From the NCBI GenBank assembly GCA_030141605.1, contig JAQGDQ010000154.1:1-64000 (forward strand): DNA of 64,000 nt, in the 5' to 3' direction. A program made the position numbers and the translations under genes. Source of the DNA: Tubiluchus corallicola. Lineage: Eukaryota; Animalia; Priapulida. The notes under the pieces are model-generated. The model was not told where the DNA came from. It saw only the letters and a list, made by a program, of their open reading frames with translations, and did no database searches. The first letter of the stretch is position 1, and every line of letters starts with the position of its first letter. This document shows positions 39,673 to 53,558 of this stretch, piece after piece.

Positions 39673-42600
39673 AATTCACACCTGATTGATGGGCTTCCTC
39701 ACTAGTCTCTCCAGCCATTGTTACAGACCACATCATTGTTGCTGCAAAAGCAAGTGTCACATGTTACCTTCATATTTGAAATACAAGAATAACGGTAACT
39801 GTTCTGCTCAGATTTTATAACTCCTATTAAGTCAAAAATGTTTACTGTGTATGTTAAAAACTTAAAAAAACAAAAACAACGAAAACAAGAAACGTCTATC
39901 AGAATTAAACTTTTACCTTTCTTTAGCAGAAAGAAAAATGCAACTACATATGTGCGGGTAAAAGTGAAATGGAACTTACAAGAGTAAATGATGGAACGGA
40001 AAAGCGTTTCCTGTCTGTCGTGAGCCAGTTCAACTAAAATGCGCAATGGTCCTACGGGAGTAAGTACAGCAAATAAATCTGAAAAAAGCAGAAACTGTAA
40101 CTGAATCAGTGATTCTCTTTTCATTAATTAGAAAAAGTAAAAAAAAAACTAGCATGCTGAAAAATACAGATACGTTTGGAACCAGCTAAACTAATCTTAG
40201 AGGTGACAAGATTTGTGATCATCAGTTACTAAAAGTGCTTAATTTTAACTTTCCATACAAAGTTTCATTGCTTAGCTTTACGATAACCCGTATGTGTAGT
40301 TGGAAAAGAAAACTTTATTAATTTAAGATACTCGTGTCACCTGGTAAAATGACACTGTATTACCATCCCAACGTACACCTCTGGTTCACCAAAAACACAT
40401 TATTGATCTTATTGACAACGTGAAGTGATGTATATTTTTGCTCAGCTAGCGTACAGTATCCTACAAATGCTCTAATTACTTTTTCAAACTTTACGCAATG
40501 TTATCTAAACTTGTTTCAAATGATCTACGGTCAAAATAGCTGCACCTATGGTAATCACAGGAGTTCAAATTTACAAGTTGTATACAGCGTTGCTGGTAAT
40601 ACTTATACGTTACATATAAGTACTGAGCACAATAAGACAGCATGTAAGTGATACAAAATTTCAAATAAATCCAATTTTTTAAGTTTTAGTTATGAGGAGT
40701 GTTTACTTGTCCTTTAAACTTTAATGCAATCAAGACAACAATAAGTTTTTAAGACAGTAAAGCCGAATGAAAAAGAATTTAGAATAAAACAAGGAGTACA
40801 GAGTAAGGCAATTTTAGAACCAGTTGTACACTGGGATTATAGACCAAAATTTTATTTGACAAACACATTTAGTCTACACATTATGTGACTTGAACACAAT
40901 AACGTATCATGATTATGCACGAGGTGCAGCTTTTCGACGTCACCAGTTATAAGGAAAGTTTAAATACACCTCCTTGCACGTGATAAATAATCAATACTTA
41001 AGACTACAAAAAGTTGCTGGGAACAAAAATGCAACGTACGAGCTCTTACAAAAAAAGCAACTTACCCCATGCAGCGATAACAGCTAGCAACACCCAGGTA
41101 GTCCAGTCTGGGAGAATTCTAACAAAGACAACAGCCAATATAGCACTGTTAACTACCAGGTAAGCTTGATGTAACAATAGTGGTCCCTTCCAATGTATAA
41201 CAAGCATCCCTAAAATACTGTACAATGAAAAATGATATCTATGGTTACTGTGTCAAATACTGAAATTATTCCACTGTACTGACTTAACTTTGCAGAAGGA
41301 TAAATTTCACAAAATTTTGGAATACAGCACAAGAAATGATACTCAAAATAAAAAATGTAGCCATATTCTTTTGGGCTTATTTAAGACAGTACTTTCTTGC
41401 AGTGAGGGGGTTCAACTATGCATAAACATAATGCATATACTGCATTTTAACAAACAAATCTTGGTTTGCCGGACAAAAACGGGGATATGTTAATCCGAAT
41501 TTGTTGATTATCCATATTTACCGATACTAAGCTGATACAGTAGGCACCATGTATTAAACTCACTGTAATGTAGAATCTGTCGGCTAATTGTCGCAAAAAC
41601 GCGTGGCACGGGCCGCTACTATGCAAAAGCATATAAAAACTGTCGGCTATTGACTCAAATAACTCAGCATAATTGATTCCATATTTCTATATATAGAGAT
41701 ATACACACGGTTATGTACAGTCTAATACATGTTCATCCACTGCTTATTTAATGATTATCAAATAAGGGTAATATGTAAAGGACCTAACGGTCGTATGTTG
41801 CCCTCACATTTTGGCAATTCTTGTACTTTTTCTTGTGATTTTTTGTACTTATTTTTAACCGTGAATGTGAAATAAATCAATTTAAATTTAATAAATTTAA
41901 ATTGGTTACACTGATGTAATGACGTAAACAAAATGACGGCCAGCCAACTAGTAGTCAATTCGCGAAACAACAAGCTGTGTCCACAGTAAGCAGGACTTTT
42001 TAACGGCCCAGATTTTGTCCGATTCTGCCGATATCCGTAAAAGCGAGGTCCAGCAAACTGAGATATGAGTGTACTAACATCATTATGTAATGATTGTGAT
42101 GTCAGTAATATGGAACAATAACAGCGAAACAGATTCTACATCACTCTGCCTTCCACCATAATGGTTCCAACGACGTGTGACCACGGAAAAAATCACTTAG
42201 AGTTCAAATATCAAATACCTACTTTAGTAACTTCTTTGTCAAAAGTTTATCGTTAAAGTGACTTTAAAACGTATCATTTATAAGTTAACACGTTCAGCAT
42301 AATTATGCAAGCTGATCTTTATAAGAAAATTAAATTTTACCTACAACTCCATAATTCCATATTATAAATATTGCAGTGATAAAGTCCAGTGGAATATTGT
42401 AGGCCTCACACACAGCCCTAGAAGAACAAACGTTAAAAATCTGAGTGCCATTACCTTGCATGCCACTGGTAGATATACATTAGACATTAGTTTAGACAGG
42501 GTTGCAAATTTCAAAGCACAAACATTTTACATTCTTGAAATAATTAAGCTATGTTTGGTTAACGGCACATTCAGACTTGTGAGTTTTCTCGCCAAGTAAC

Positions 42601-45600
42601 TCACAAGCATGTTCTGACTAGAGAGCAAAACGAGTTACTGTCTGGCAGTAAGCACGAACTGACACTCACTTCTCTATTCTCTGCAGAGAAGTGTCAAGAG
42701 TAACTCGCCGTGGTGTTTACACTAGAGTCGCAGGAAATCAACTCGCAGTGCCTGCAATTTGCTGACAGTAACTCACAAAGCAGTTCACACTTCGAGTTTG
42801 CTGCTGGGAAAAATCTCGGAACAGGATCACAAAAACATGTTTAAAAAATGCTACTGTAAAATACTTTTTCGCTAAATTGAATCTGGTAATATCTATGATG
42901 CAATTTATAGCAGTAATTTGCACACATTTATTTCAATAGTCATTCTAATGTCTGTTGTAGCTTCATCCTGTGAACAAGTTCATCATAAGGGTTTTTTAAA
43001 CTGTCCTTTTCTGGTCTCCCTCAGAATGAGGCACTGTAAGACTTAAATTATCATCATTAATGATCGTCCTCTTAGATAACTTAAGCATTAAAATCACTAT
43101 ATTAAATTACGTACCCAAAATAGAAAAATGTAAGGAAAAACGTTAACTGCAGAGTCGCTATGATAAGCCATCCATACAATATCTAAAAAAATTAGCAATG
43201 AAATATGCATCTAGGCTGTAGCCATGTACCTAACTGTATAAAAATAATGCTAAAAGAATTAGAATATACATGTATTGAGACTACAGGTACGTTTGGCGAC
43301 CAAACTTAAACAAAGCTGAACCAGGTTAGTATAAGGATGGCGGTCACTAGTCAAATCTTTTCTGGGCAGTTTAATCACCCACGCCATTTCTTGCTATTGA
43401 TCTGCTGGCTAAGTTTCCATGCCTAGTCGTGACTTTTCAATCTACAGGGATTTTTAGTTAAATATAGTAAAGGATGTTGCAAAATTTGTTAAACTGTCAT
43501 ACAATATTCCAAATGTGTCAACATTATTACTTTACATTATGGTGAGATTATTTAAGCTGAAACTAAATTCTGCTATTGTCAACAAGTTACGAGTGATTTG
43601 GGAGGATTTAAAAACTTACAATTTCGAAGAGTTGGATACCGGAAACGTCGTTGGAGAGATTTTTATGTGTGCACTTGTGAACTTCTAGCAGGAAACTAAA
43701 GAAAGTACTTTTATGTGCCAAGAAAAACCACATTCTGTCCATATGTTTACATTACCTAGAACATTGGCTGTTAATAAGCAGCTGAGTAACATGAACTGAG
43801 AATGGAAAGAATCTATAACTAGTTTTTAGCCTTACTATGATTTTAGACAACTGATAAAGTGCAGGGCAGAAAACAGTCATGTTACAACTAGATTCTCAAT
43901 ACATGATTTTCATCATTTTGCTTTGTACTGATAAAAGTTTGCATGATTCAGAAAAATGGACGTATTTGTGGTCTCTGTGGATTAAGTGCTAAAAACATCA
44001 CTTATTAGCATGATATGGTAATAATCAGTCCTAATTTTCGGTCATAAAACAAAAATAAGAAAAAAAGAAAATAAAGCAAATGTATTATGGGCTTTCATGA
44101 CCGGATTATGACGTTTTGGGGCCCCTAAGCTAATGAAATCATGGGATCCCCAGCAGCGAAGCCACCCTTTAATTTGTGATATATTGAAATATTTTTTATT
44201 TGTGATATATTTCAGCAACATTTGCATAGCTAGATGCCCATATTCAAAATAAAGGGCTTCAAAGAGGGGCCCTTATCTCAAATAAAGGGCCACAAACAAG
44301 GACCCTTTATCTCAAATGAGGAACCACTTTGAAATTGGCTTTTCAGATTTCTTGGCTTCCATTTTTAAAGTTGAAATTTTATTTTAAGTTGTACAAGTTA
44401 TTCAGCCTACGCTACAGCCTATACTAGCCTATAGGGTAATCCAGCCCTGCTTGCCAGCCTCATGCTGTGCAATTTCCAAAGCTCGATGTTCAATACTATA
44501 CTGTGTCACAGTTGTAAGCATTTTGCTGGAATATATAAAATGAAATAGGTCCTAGTTATGCCTTACCCATCAAGTATTGGACCTGCAGGTTTTGTCACTG
44601 AATGCTGGATATGTACTTGCAAAGTGCTGAATTGTAATCATTATAAAATCGTAACACAAAGAAGCAAACTGGCCCGTACATGATGTAAGACATACAAACA
44701 ATGCTTCACAAATAGTCACCTTGTAACATCGAAATTTGTAGAGAAGGACAAGACCAACTGTAAATCCTGCAATGACCATCATGAAAATGAGACCATTTCC
44801 GATTGAGTGCGCTAGCTTCGTGGCAGTATCATCCGTGTCTTCCTTAAACGGTAAGTAGATCCTGAAAAATACAATTAAGTAAAAACTAGTGTCAACATAC
44901 TACTTCATTATGAAGTATACCATTTTTGCTAATACACAATATAGTATCGTGGGTCTTCAAGGGCATCTACTGTCACTTTTCCAGGGCGGGGCAAAGGGAT
45001 ATACTGCTATTATCACAGTTATTGTGGGTCAGGCAGGTGCAAAAATAAGGTCTTTTAAGCCAGAGTGATAATAGCTTATATCATATTGGGCAATTATATA
45101 ATTTTACACACACTACTGAGTGAAGCAGAGAATAGAAATGTCCAATTCCCGACACTTAATAGTGATCCAAGTGTAGAGCTACATCTGTATAAGTACTAAA
45201 TTAAAAACTAGACCTAGATCAGGCTACATATATATAACTACTAAATTAAAAACTAGACCTAGATCATGCTAAATGCTACTATTAAGGCATCTGACTTTAA
45301 ATCCCATTAAGCACTAATGAGTTTTATTCTGAGAGCATAAGTATTTGACGCAATGGTGAAGTGACTATTGCACTCATATCTCGGTTTGCCGGACAAAAGC
45401 AGGGAGACGTTGGTCCGAATTTGCCGACTGTCCCTCTTTTCTGATACCAAACTGATACAATAGGTGTCGTGTATTAGACTCATGGTAATGCAGAATTAAT
45501 CGCCTAATTGTCTCAGAAACGTCTAGGACGGACCCTTTTACAAAAGGATATATAAAAACTGTCGGCAATTGACTCAAATAACTCTGCATAACTGACTCTA

Positions 45601-47640
45601 TATTTTTGTACATAGAGACATACAAGTGGTTAAACTGATGAAATAATGTAAACAAGGTGCCGGCCCACGAACTAGTGGTCAGCTCGCGAAATAACGGACT
45701 GTGTTCGCATTATGCAGGACTTTTAACGGACCACATTTTTTCCGAAGTTTCCGACATCCGCAAAAGGGAGGTCCAGCGAACCGAGATATGAGTGTACTAC
45801 TACTCACACGTCTATACCACCCCTAGAAGAAAAGAAACTGATGCTATGGATAGTGGCCACAACAATAATCATGGTCAAAGAAACAGGTTTGAATATCATA
45901 ATAACATGTTGAGCTCCGTATTTAAGTTCTAGTTTTTCCTCTTCTTCAGGTTGCTCCTGGTTTCGACGACGACGATGACGACTACGACGTTGTTGTCGTT
46001 CCCGACGTTCATGTTGTGTGCGTGGTCGACTAGCTTGATCTTCAACGTTTTGTTGATCATCTACGGTCTCCTCTCCAATATTCTGACAAAAAAATAATTT
46101 TCTTTTTATTAATTTAGATAATAGAAACACAAAAAGTTGAGATAAAAAAGCACGAAAAAAGATTACTGCATCCAAACTGACCTCTGCACCATTATTAGCG
46201 GTCAGTCATGTCTGACCGACTGAGGGAAATGACTATTACAAACAGATGGCTATCACATCACCACTGTTAAAAAGTGAAACGTAAACGTAAGACAGCCAAA
46301 TTTTTTTTACAGATACTGATGAGTGAGATTATAAACTGACACATATATATATATTTGCTTGCAAACCAAAACCGTCCATAAGTCGGCATACTTAAAACTA
46401 TGTTATGATCATTCAAAGTAAAATGAACCAAAAATTTGGTTAAACGTCAATTTTTTGTTTTAATAAAAACAAACGCTATATATATTGGACTTTTATATTC
46501 TAGCATTAAAAAATGTTCAAAAAATACTAAAATGTAACTTTATAACTCTGTACCCACTTTTCTAGCTAGAAACTAGTATTACAATTGTAAAAAACTTGTC
46601 TTTTCAAACTCCAAAAGTAGCCCCTGGAAGCTGTCATTTTGCATCAGGTTTTTTCCATTGTCCAGTCCAGATCTTCTTCAGGAAGAGCCAACTACTAGAT
46701 TTAAACATAACTTCAATGTGTTCTTGCGAAATCTGTAGCAACCAACATGTGTGTGGTTGCTAAGTGTTTTGCGAAAATGCGACAAAAAACAATGGCTAAC
46801 TTTAACAGCGATTTTCTCAAGATTATGTTTTTCAGTGCATGGCTTATACCTCAACTTCAACGTGGATTATCTTAGCTTAGAAATAACATTGAGCAACGAG
46901 CTTAGTATCAAAATAATCATCATTCAGGGTATGTGAATCACTAGAAAAGCTTAACTGCTGACTTATGGACAGTGTTGCTATGCAAGCACACGTGTTATCT
47001 TTATAACAGCAAAAAAACTTTTTTAATTCATTTCTAAATTTAAGCTAGTTCTTAAGCTATCTGATTTCAAAGCTATATAGTTGATGTGATGTATAGAAAC
47101 TGCAGACAAAATTTAATACATGTAGCAACATGTGGGGCACTGGCCTAGCCACATAACGTGATGATTGCCACATAACATTTGAGTCATTTTACCTTAAAGA
47201 GGCTAAGCCAATATAAAAAAACATGTGGTAGTACCATCAATAGGTAGTACGCTTGAGGGTTAGATTTCATTTTCTTACTCGTTTCATGGATTTGTACTTG
47301 AAACACTGAGTTATCGAGCCAACTGATTTTAACAAATAAGCTTATTACATAACATGCAGTATGGCACAACAATGCCTAACAACACAGCATACTACTGAGT
47401 AGCGCACACACAGTATTCATGCCGTACCTGCATTTCATGACTATGTTCACTCACACGGCTAGCGCGGCTACTACTACTGCGCTTTCGTTGAGCTTGACTT
47501 TCCCGAAAAGAATCATCTGAATCCATGAAGTCAGTTGAGGTAGATGACAGCCGGTGAGCTCTCAAAAGACTTGCTATTTCGGTAAACTCGTCACTTGAAA
47601 AGTCGCTGTTACTGCTACTGTCCAAAAAAGAGCCACTCAT
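37867..47640 (-). CDS. PSEN: Presenilin (gamma-secretase catalytic subunit), ~503 aa, 11 exons: 47640-47428, 46082-45808, 44861-44720, 43182-43115, 42417-42341, 41209-41066, 40078-39980, 39741-39682, 39421-39257, 38612-38500, 38022-37867
   Basis: [38 protein letters not shown] (catalytic Asp 1), [19 protein letters not shown] (catalytic Asp 2), [11 protein letters not shown] (PAL motif). The exons sum to 1512 nt in frame. A probable non-coding 5' exon has its donor at ~49205. Confidence 0.97.
39455..39670 (+). repeat. (GA)n microsatellite in a presenilin intron
   Basis: Seen directly. Confidence 0.9.
45371..45794. mobile_element. MITE family E (TIR cactcatatctcggtt); related copy at ~41459-42072
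   Basis: cactcatatctcggtttgccggac..ggtccagcgaaccgagatatgagtg|ta. The internal sequence is shared with the 41.5-kb copy. Confidence 0.8.
46355..46991. mobile_element. MITE family A copy 4
   Basis: Same TIRs and internal sequence as the other family A copies. Confidence 0.8.
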
Positions 47641-47777
47641 TTGCGGCTCAGTAAACTTACTCAACTTTTATCTGGAAATTCAAACTGTTAACCAGTCATG
47701 TAAGTTTTAAGTAATTTTTGCATTTTAACTGTTATAATTATCCAGGTGTGGTGTCATTTTACAAATATAATTTGGGC

Positions 47778-48207
47778 TAGGGTTACCATGAGTCCGGGTT
47801 TCCCCGGACACGTCCTCTTTTTGGGCCTCTGTCGAGCAGGTTTTCAAAAAATCGGCAGTTTGTCCGGGTTTTGCCTCAATCCGTAAGTATGTACGGACAT
47901 TGCCAACTGCAGAGGGGTACGACAGTACGAGACAAAGAAAAGCTCGTTAATTTTCAATACAAGGTGTTGCTAACATCTCAAAATGCGATTCCTGAGAACC
48001 AAAATGTTTCTGAGAGCCAAGAAGAAGCAGGCAACTGACAGTTGTTATGTGTTAATGTTTTTTGCAGTACAACCATTTGGTATTGCTATGTAAGCCTATT
48101 GGTATAATTTGCATTGTTTTAATAGACCCTAGACTAGTCATTTTTGCCTACTTACAAGTGTGCAAAAAAGTGTCCTCTTTTTCAACTCAGACAATATGGT
48201 AACCCTA
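47778..48207. mobile_element. hAT-like MITE (TIR tagggttaccat / atggtaacccta)
   Basis: Perfect 12-bp TIR; an 8-bp TSD is not evident. Confidence 0.55.
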
Positions 48208-50994
48208 ATCACATTTCAATTAATCTTCATTGTAGATTTGATTTGCTGCATGCTCTTATGTAATTTATCTATTATTAGCTTAATTCAATCTAGAATGTTC
48301 AAGAATACACATCCAATAAAATTGACACCTATTCTAACCAAGACATAATACTAATAGTGTAAAAACTATTATTATTGACAGCACAATTAATGAATTACCA
48401 GTAAGGGGCATACTACAGACCTGCCAATGATTTGATGTAAAAATAAGTGTGAAATGTAGAAAGCCCGGGGATCACATTGCCCAGAAACCCTAATTTAATA
48501 TCCCAGAAACTTTGACATTTTTGGGTGTCAAAATGCAAATACATGTATAAAAAAACTAAGACAAAAATTAAAAAATTACGGGGTACTTTTGAGTTTTCTT
48601 ATGCTGTTAGCATAGTTTGCTATACGTTTTATTTGTTCCTTTGTAATGTATATATGAGAAAAACAAGATAGCAACCGAAATACCCTTAATACATCGTGAA
48701 CGAGTACAACACGTGAACAGTACGTAATACAAGTACTGTATTATTGATAGCACAAGTAGTACTGCTAATTTTGTTGTGAAGTTTTGATTGGTGCTCATGG
48801 CGAAAGCCAGGTGATTTTTGTGTGAATTTGCAAAATGTGTGATAAACGAAATTTATTGCGTGTGTGCACATATGACTTAGGGAGTGACACGCATTTAATG
48901 AGTGTGAGTTGGCAGGTTACACTGACTAAAACAGAAGCTCTTAGTCTTACATTTAATTGAAACTATTAACAATCAAAGAGCATTAGACCTTTTATAAACT
49001 TAATATAATAGGATGTGTATCGGAACGGGCAGGCCACGGCACAGGCTCTCACGGAGGGCGAGTCAAACTTGTATATTTCTCTTGCACTTAGCAGTTTCAG
49101 TTTGTCTCATAATATAGTTTTTAAACAGCTATTATTTCAAGTTTTTTTGTTCGTTTAGGCACTTTACATAGAAGTAAAATTTAGACATACTTTGAGTAGG
49201 CTTACGCATTACAACACAGCAGTGAAAAAAATCTTCTGCTTTTCCCGCGTTTAAATAATAAAACCAATCTTTCATTCAGGACGTTGACAGCAGTTAGCGA
49301 GTGACAAAGTACGTAAACACGACGTCCCAGCGCCAAACTCATTGCTCGTAGAGGTCACTTTAAGAACGAACACATTCCGCAAAAATTAATGATTTGCGCT
49401 ATTTTAACAAATTTGTGGTTCTTTTGAATAATTATTTTTAATAACTTTGTGAAAAAAGCTCGCTTTTTCAGAAAGTTTGTGGGAGAGACATCGGCCTGGT
49501 TCTTAATTAAACAAATACGTGGAAGTGTATATAGTCTAGCATATTTTTTTTATAGAGAAAGGTGCATAACGCTTAAGTCTACGAGTTGATAATTAGAATG
49601 GTTTGCTGTTACTGAAACATATAATTTAGACTAAATTTTGACTTTTAACAAAAACTTCATAACCATTGGTTTAAAAGGAGTGGCCACCCAAATAAAATTT
49701 ATTCAATTTACAAGATTTGTCGCTATTACATAGTTACTACTTATAACAGCAGTAAACCTAATTATAGATACACATCAGCACATAACCATAAAAAAAACTA
49801 TTGAAGAAAGGGGAAAAAATTAGCCTAACGAATTAGGCGGACCATTTGACGTCTGCTTGTAGGAAAAGCAAACGTCAAATGCTCGCCTGTACAAGGGTGA
49901 CGAAGGAATTTATAGCTTCGGAATGAAGCCCGTATGAATAATTCAAGGTTGACCTAATTGAATGACTCTAGATAAATTTGCAAATGTTAAAGAACCGGAA
50001 TAAACTAGTTTGCAATGCTGTAAATGAAAGGTATAATAGCAGAGTAGAACTCAATCACGGGAATCCGTGACAAACTCAACTTGCCTCAGTTGCTAATTGA
50101 CAAATTGGCCCAGGAAGGTCCCAGCTAATATGGCGGCTATGCATGAATACGAGAAAACAATAGTTAGATCGAGCAAAAAAGTTTTCCATAGATTACCAGA
50201 AAGTATTAAAAAAGGTATAATCCGAATTAAATATGATGATGTATTTTATTTCGCAAATCAGGAACTTTTAAAAGTACAGATATTACTGAGAAATTGTTGT
50301 ATATGTTTCAGTTGAAATGTAAAGTTCATCATTTTAGGATTATAATTTGTTTATAGCATTCAGAGCAGAACGGCTATGTAGAGATCACGCCACTAAATTA
50401 AGCCATTGCTTAGATGGTGTAAAATTCCAGAGTGCTTATGTAACAAGAACAAAAGTTAGGGGAATGGTAGTTTCATTTTGTTATTTTTTGTGGTTAACAA
50501 TTCTATGCATGTATAAAACAACACACTGCAATGTGTACTCCTTTTGATCTAGGCTTCTATTTTATTCCATATTGACAAAAATAAACAGATCAGATGCATG
50601 TACACGAATGAAAAATTACAAATTTATAACAAGTTCTGATAGAAAATTCTTTATTTATCATTCTGCATTTTATGAATCTAAGTGTAGTACGTGGTTTCTA
50701 TTTTTAAACAAAAGCCGCATCTTCAACTAATTTAAATGTCCATAAGCACAATGTCTGTGGTGTATAGAAGAAGTGCTTCTCATGTCTTGAATGAACGTTT
50801 GTGTAATTTTCTCAGCACTGGACTACACATAATTTCGTGGTTGAAACAAACTATTTTTTGTCATTTTTTGTTGCAAGATATATATTGGGGAATATATATT
50901 TCCGACTATGTCCAATTTTTGCAGATGGAAGCTTTTGACAAAGTGGTATGACTTGTTTAGGCATCTAGGCTCTTTTAGGCTCCTTCACACTTTT

Positions 50995-52141
50995 CTACAG
51001 TAAGGTGCAAAGTGAGTTTCCTCTATCTTCCGGAATATATGGCCTGGCCCTGCGTGTTCTACTCTTGCTTCTTCCACCACTCTGGGATCTTCCACCTCTT
51101 GATCTGCGACTTTGACTGTTGTTGCGCCTTGGTGCCGACCTCCGTCCTCCCCTAGAACGGCTCCTCCTGGATCTACTGGGAGATCTTTGTCCTACAAAGC
51201 AAAAATTCTTTTTCAAAGTAGTTGTGAAACAATAACTTATGGTTTTGTAGGTGTACAAGTGACAAGAATAAGGTTAGCAAATGGACAAGGTAGATTATAC
51301 ATGTTAGACAAAATAGTAAAGCTGACAGGTAATGTTACTTGCGATCCATTTCACTAGACCAGTTTGTACCCTTCAAGAATGACACACGAATTTGATGACG
51401 TCACAGTTGAACAGTGATAATTCCAGTTTGTAGTCCCTTAGAAAGTTATTCTAGGGCTTTTAGCTTGTTCCAGAGAGTGTCTGGCACCTTATGGTCTCAT
51501 TTTGTTTTGCGTTATCCAAGAAATTCGAATCCTAGGTAACATAGAACTAACCGATGTATCCTTTGCAACGAGTTTAGTATTTTATGACAGCACAATAGAT
51601 TGAATAGAACATCTAATATGGGTTTTCTGTAGTTTGTAGTTGGCATAAATGTAGTTGATATCAACTGTAAGTACAATTAAAATTCTTCTAGGAGAAATAG
51701 ACATTCTGTAAGATACGCATCAGTAGAAATGAATGCTGGCGTATTACACAATTGTTGCATTCATCAAAGCCAATTAAGCAGCTTGTAATTTAAGAAAAAC
51801 TGCACATGAAAAAGGAACGTAGCAGACATATTATGCACTGTTTCATATGAGGAAAGGTACATAAGCAAATTACATTTAAGTGATTAGATAATCTTCACAC
51901 ATAGCTTGATTTCTTTCTTTTACAGGCACAAAGCCTGCAGTGGACATGCTTACGTGTACATGTTTTATATTCTTTTATAGACCATGTAAACCGGTTTAGT
52001 GACGGGTTACCCGAACTATGTACCTGATCAGGTCGAGTAACAATAGCTTTTCCTCGGAAGATGATATGATAAGCAGCGTAAGAATAGGTTGAGACAAGTT
52101 CAGACAACGTGGGTAAATTCAAACAGAGGATGATGTGATAG
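50995..52141 (-). CDS. Unknown protein with Arg/Ser/Gly-rich C-terminus and CaaX box (CTLL*); last exon 51191-50995, probable preceding exon 52141-51954; 5' exons unresolved
   Basis: Acceptor ttttgtag at 51192. A phase-1 donor (c|gtaag at 51953) joins the open upstream frame to RQRSPSRSRRSRSRGGRR...RPYIPEDRGNSLCTLL*. AATAAA lies on the minus strand at ~50650. Confidence 0.55.
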
Positions 52142-53229
52142 CTGTTTGTACAGTAACAGAACATAATTATTAGGCGGCAATATCCTAATGTAGATTAGAA
52201 TAATTTAAACGAACTCTTTTCATATCAAAATAGGTTTATACGTTTAACTTATGCTTTGAACTTTTAAATACGTTTGGTAAGTAACAGGTACATAATTTAG
52301 TGTTTTACTTTAATATTTTCTTCATCTTCTGGTGCTTATGATAGCCGTGCAATAATGCATTTATTTAATATGGACCGTAAATATCGGTTACCCCATTTGT
52401 GTATGTTATGTATATGTAACTATTATTATGGTTAATAAACTAACCAGCTAACTGACTGACTGACTGACTGACTGACTGATTGATTGACTGACTGACTGAC
52501 TAACTAACTAACTATCACTTTGGTTCTTGACAAAGAGAAGCGTGGATTTTTACATTATTCAAGATATAACTTAAAACTTATTGTTAAACGAAAACACAAT
52601 GAAAAATGAAGTGTTGCAACTACCAATCTACATAACAGTGGGCTGGTGTAAAAATCTTCTAGCTGTGTTGCGGGATGCGTTGACGGATTCCCTGCTGTTA
52701 GATATTTTGGAAAAGCGAAAAAAGGTAAAGAAGTGGGCAAAATGTCAGAGCCTTGTACAATCTAGCAAAGAAGAACGATTTGCTTAAACTAGAGTCAATA
52801 TTATTATTCATGGATGAGGAATGTATTTGTGTTTGTATTATCCTATCACTCAAGCGGTTTGGATTATCTGTGACTGTTGCCTAGAGGAAGGTATTTACCC
52901 AGGGAGTATTAGAATTCACTTGGAAATATAAACACATCAAATGTTACAAGATGTGATATTAAGCAGTGATGCGTACGTGTTATTCGCCCCTCTTTCTCAG
53001 CCCACGAATAACTATTTGAAGGGTTTGATAACAACTGAAGCCCGTGTTTTGTTATTAAGAGACTCAAATCTATGCAACAAACACAAGTTGTCATCATTTC
53101 TAAAAAATACCAGGTTCGAAATATTTCAAACAGATCCCTGGCATAAATTGATAGTGTCTCATAAACTAAAGACTGTCTAAAACTCCACTAAAAAAATCAA
53201 TAATTCAGTTGCCAGTTGTAATGCATTAA

Positions 53230-53558
53230 CGGCTCGTCTAGGCTACCGAATTTTTTAGTCAAGTAACTCGCAAACATGTTCAGACTAGAGAGCAAAACTT
53301 GCTGCGAGTTACTCTCCGACAGTAAGCGCAAGTTGACACTCCTGTCTCTATTCACTGCGAGAAGTGTCGAGAGTAACTCGCCGTGACGTTCACACTAGAC
53401 AGTAACTCGCAGGAATTCAAATTGCAGCAACTATCGGAGATTTTGCAATTTCTCGCTGACAGTAAGTCGCAAAGCAGTTCACACTTGGCAGTAACTGACA
53501 GTAAGTCGCAAAGCAGTTCACACTTGCGAGAGAGAAAACTCGCAAGTCTGAAGACGGC
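53230..53558. mobile_element. Dispersed repeat related to ~42565-42830 (family F)
   Basis: Shared catgttc.gactagagagcaaaac, gagaagtgtc.agagtaactcgccgtg and cagtaa.tc.caaagcagttcacactt blocks. Confidence 0.65.
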
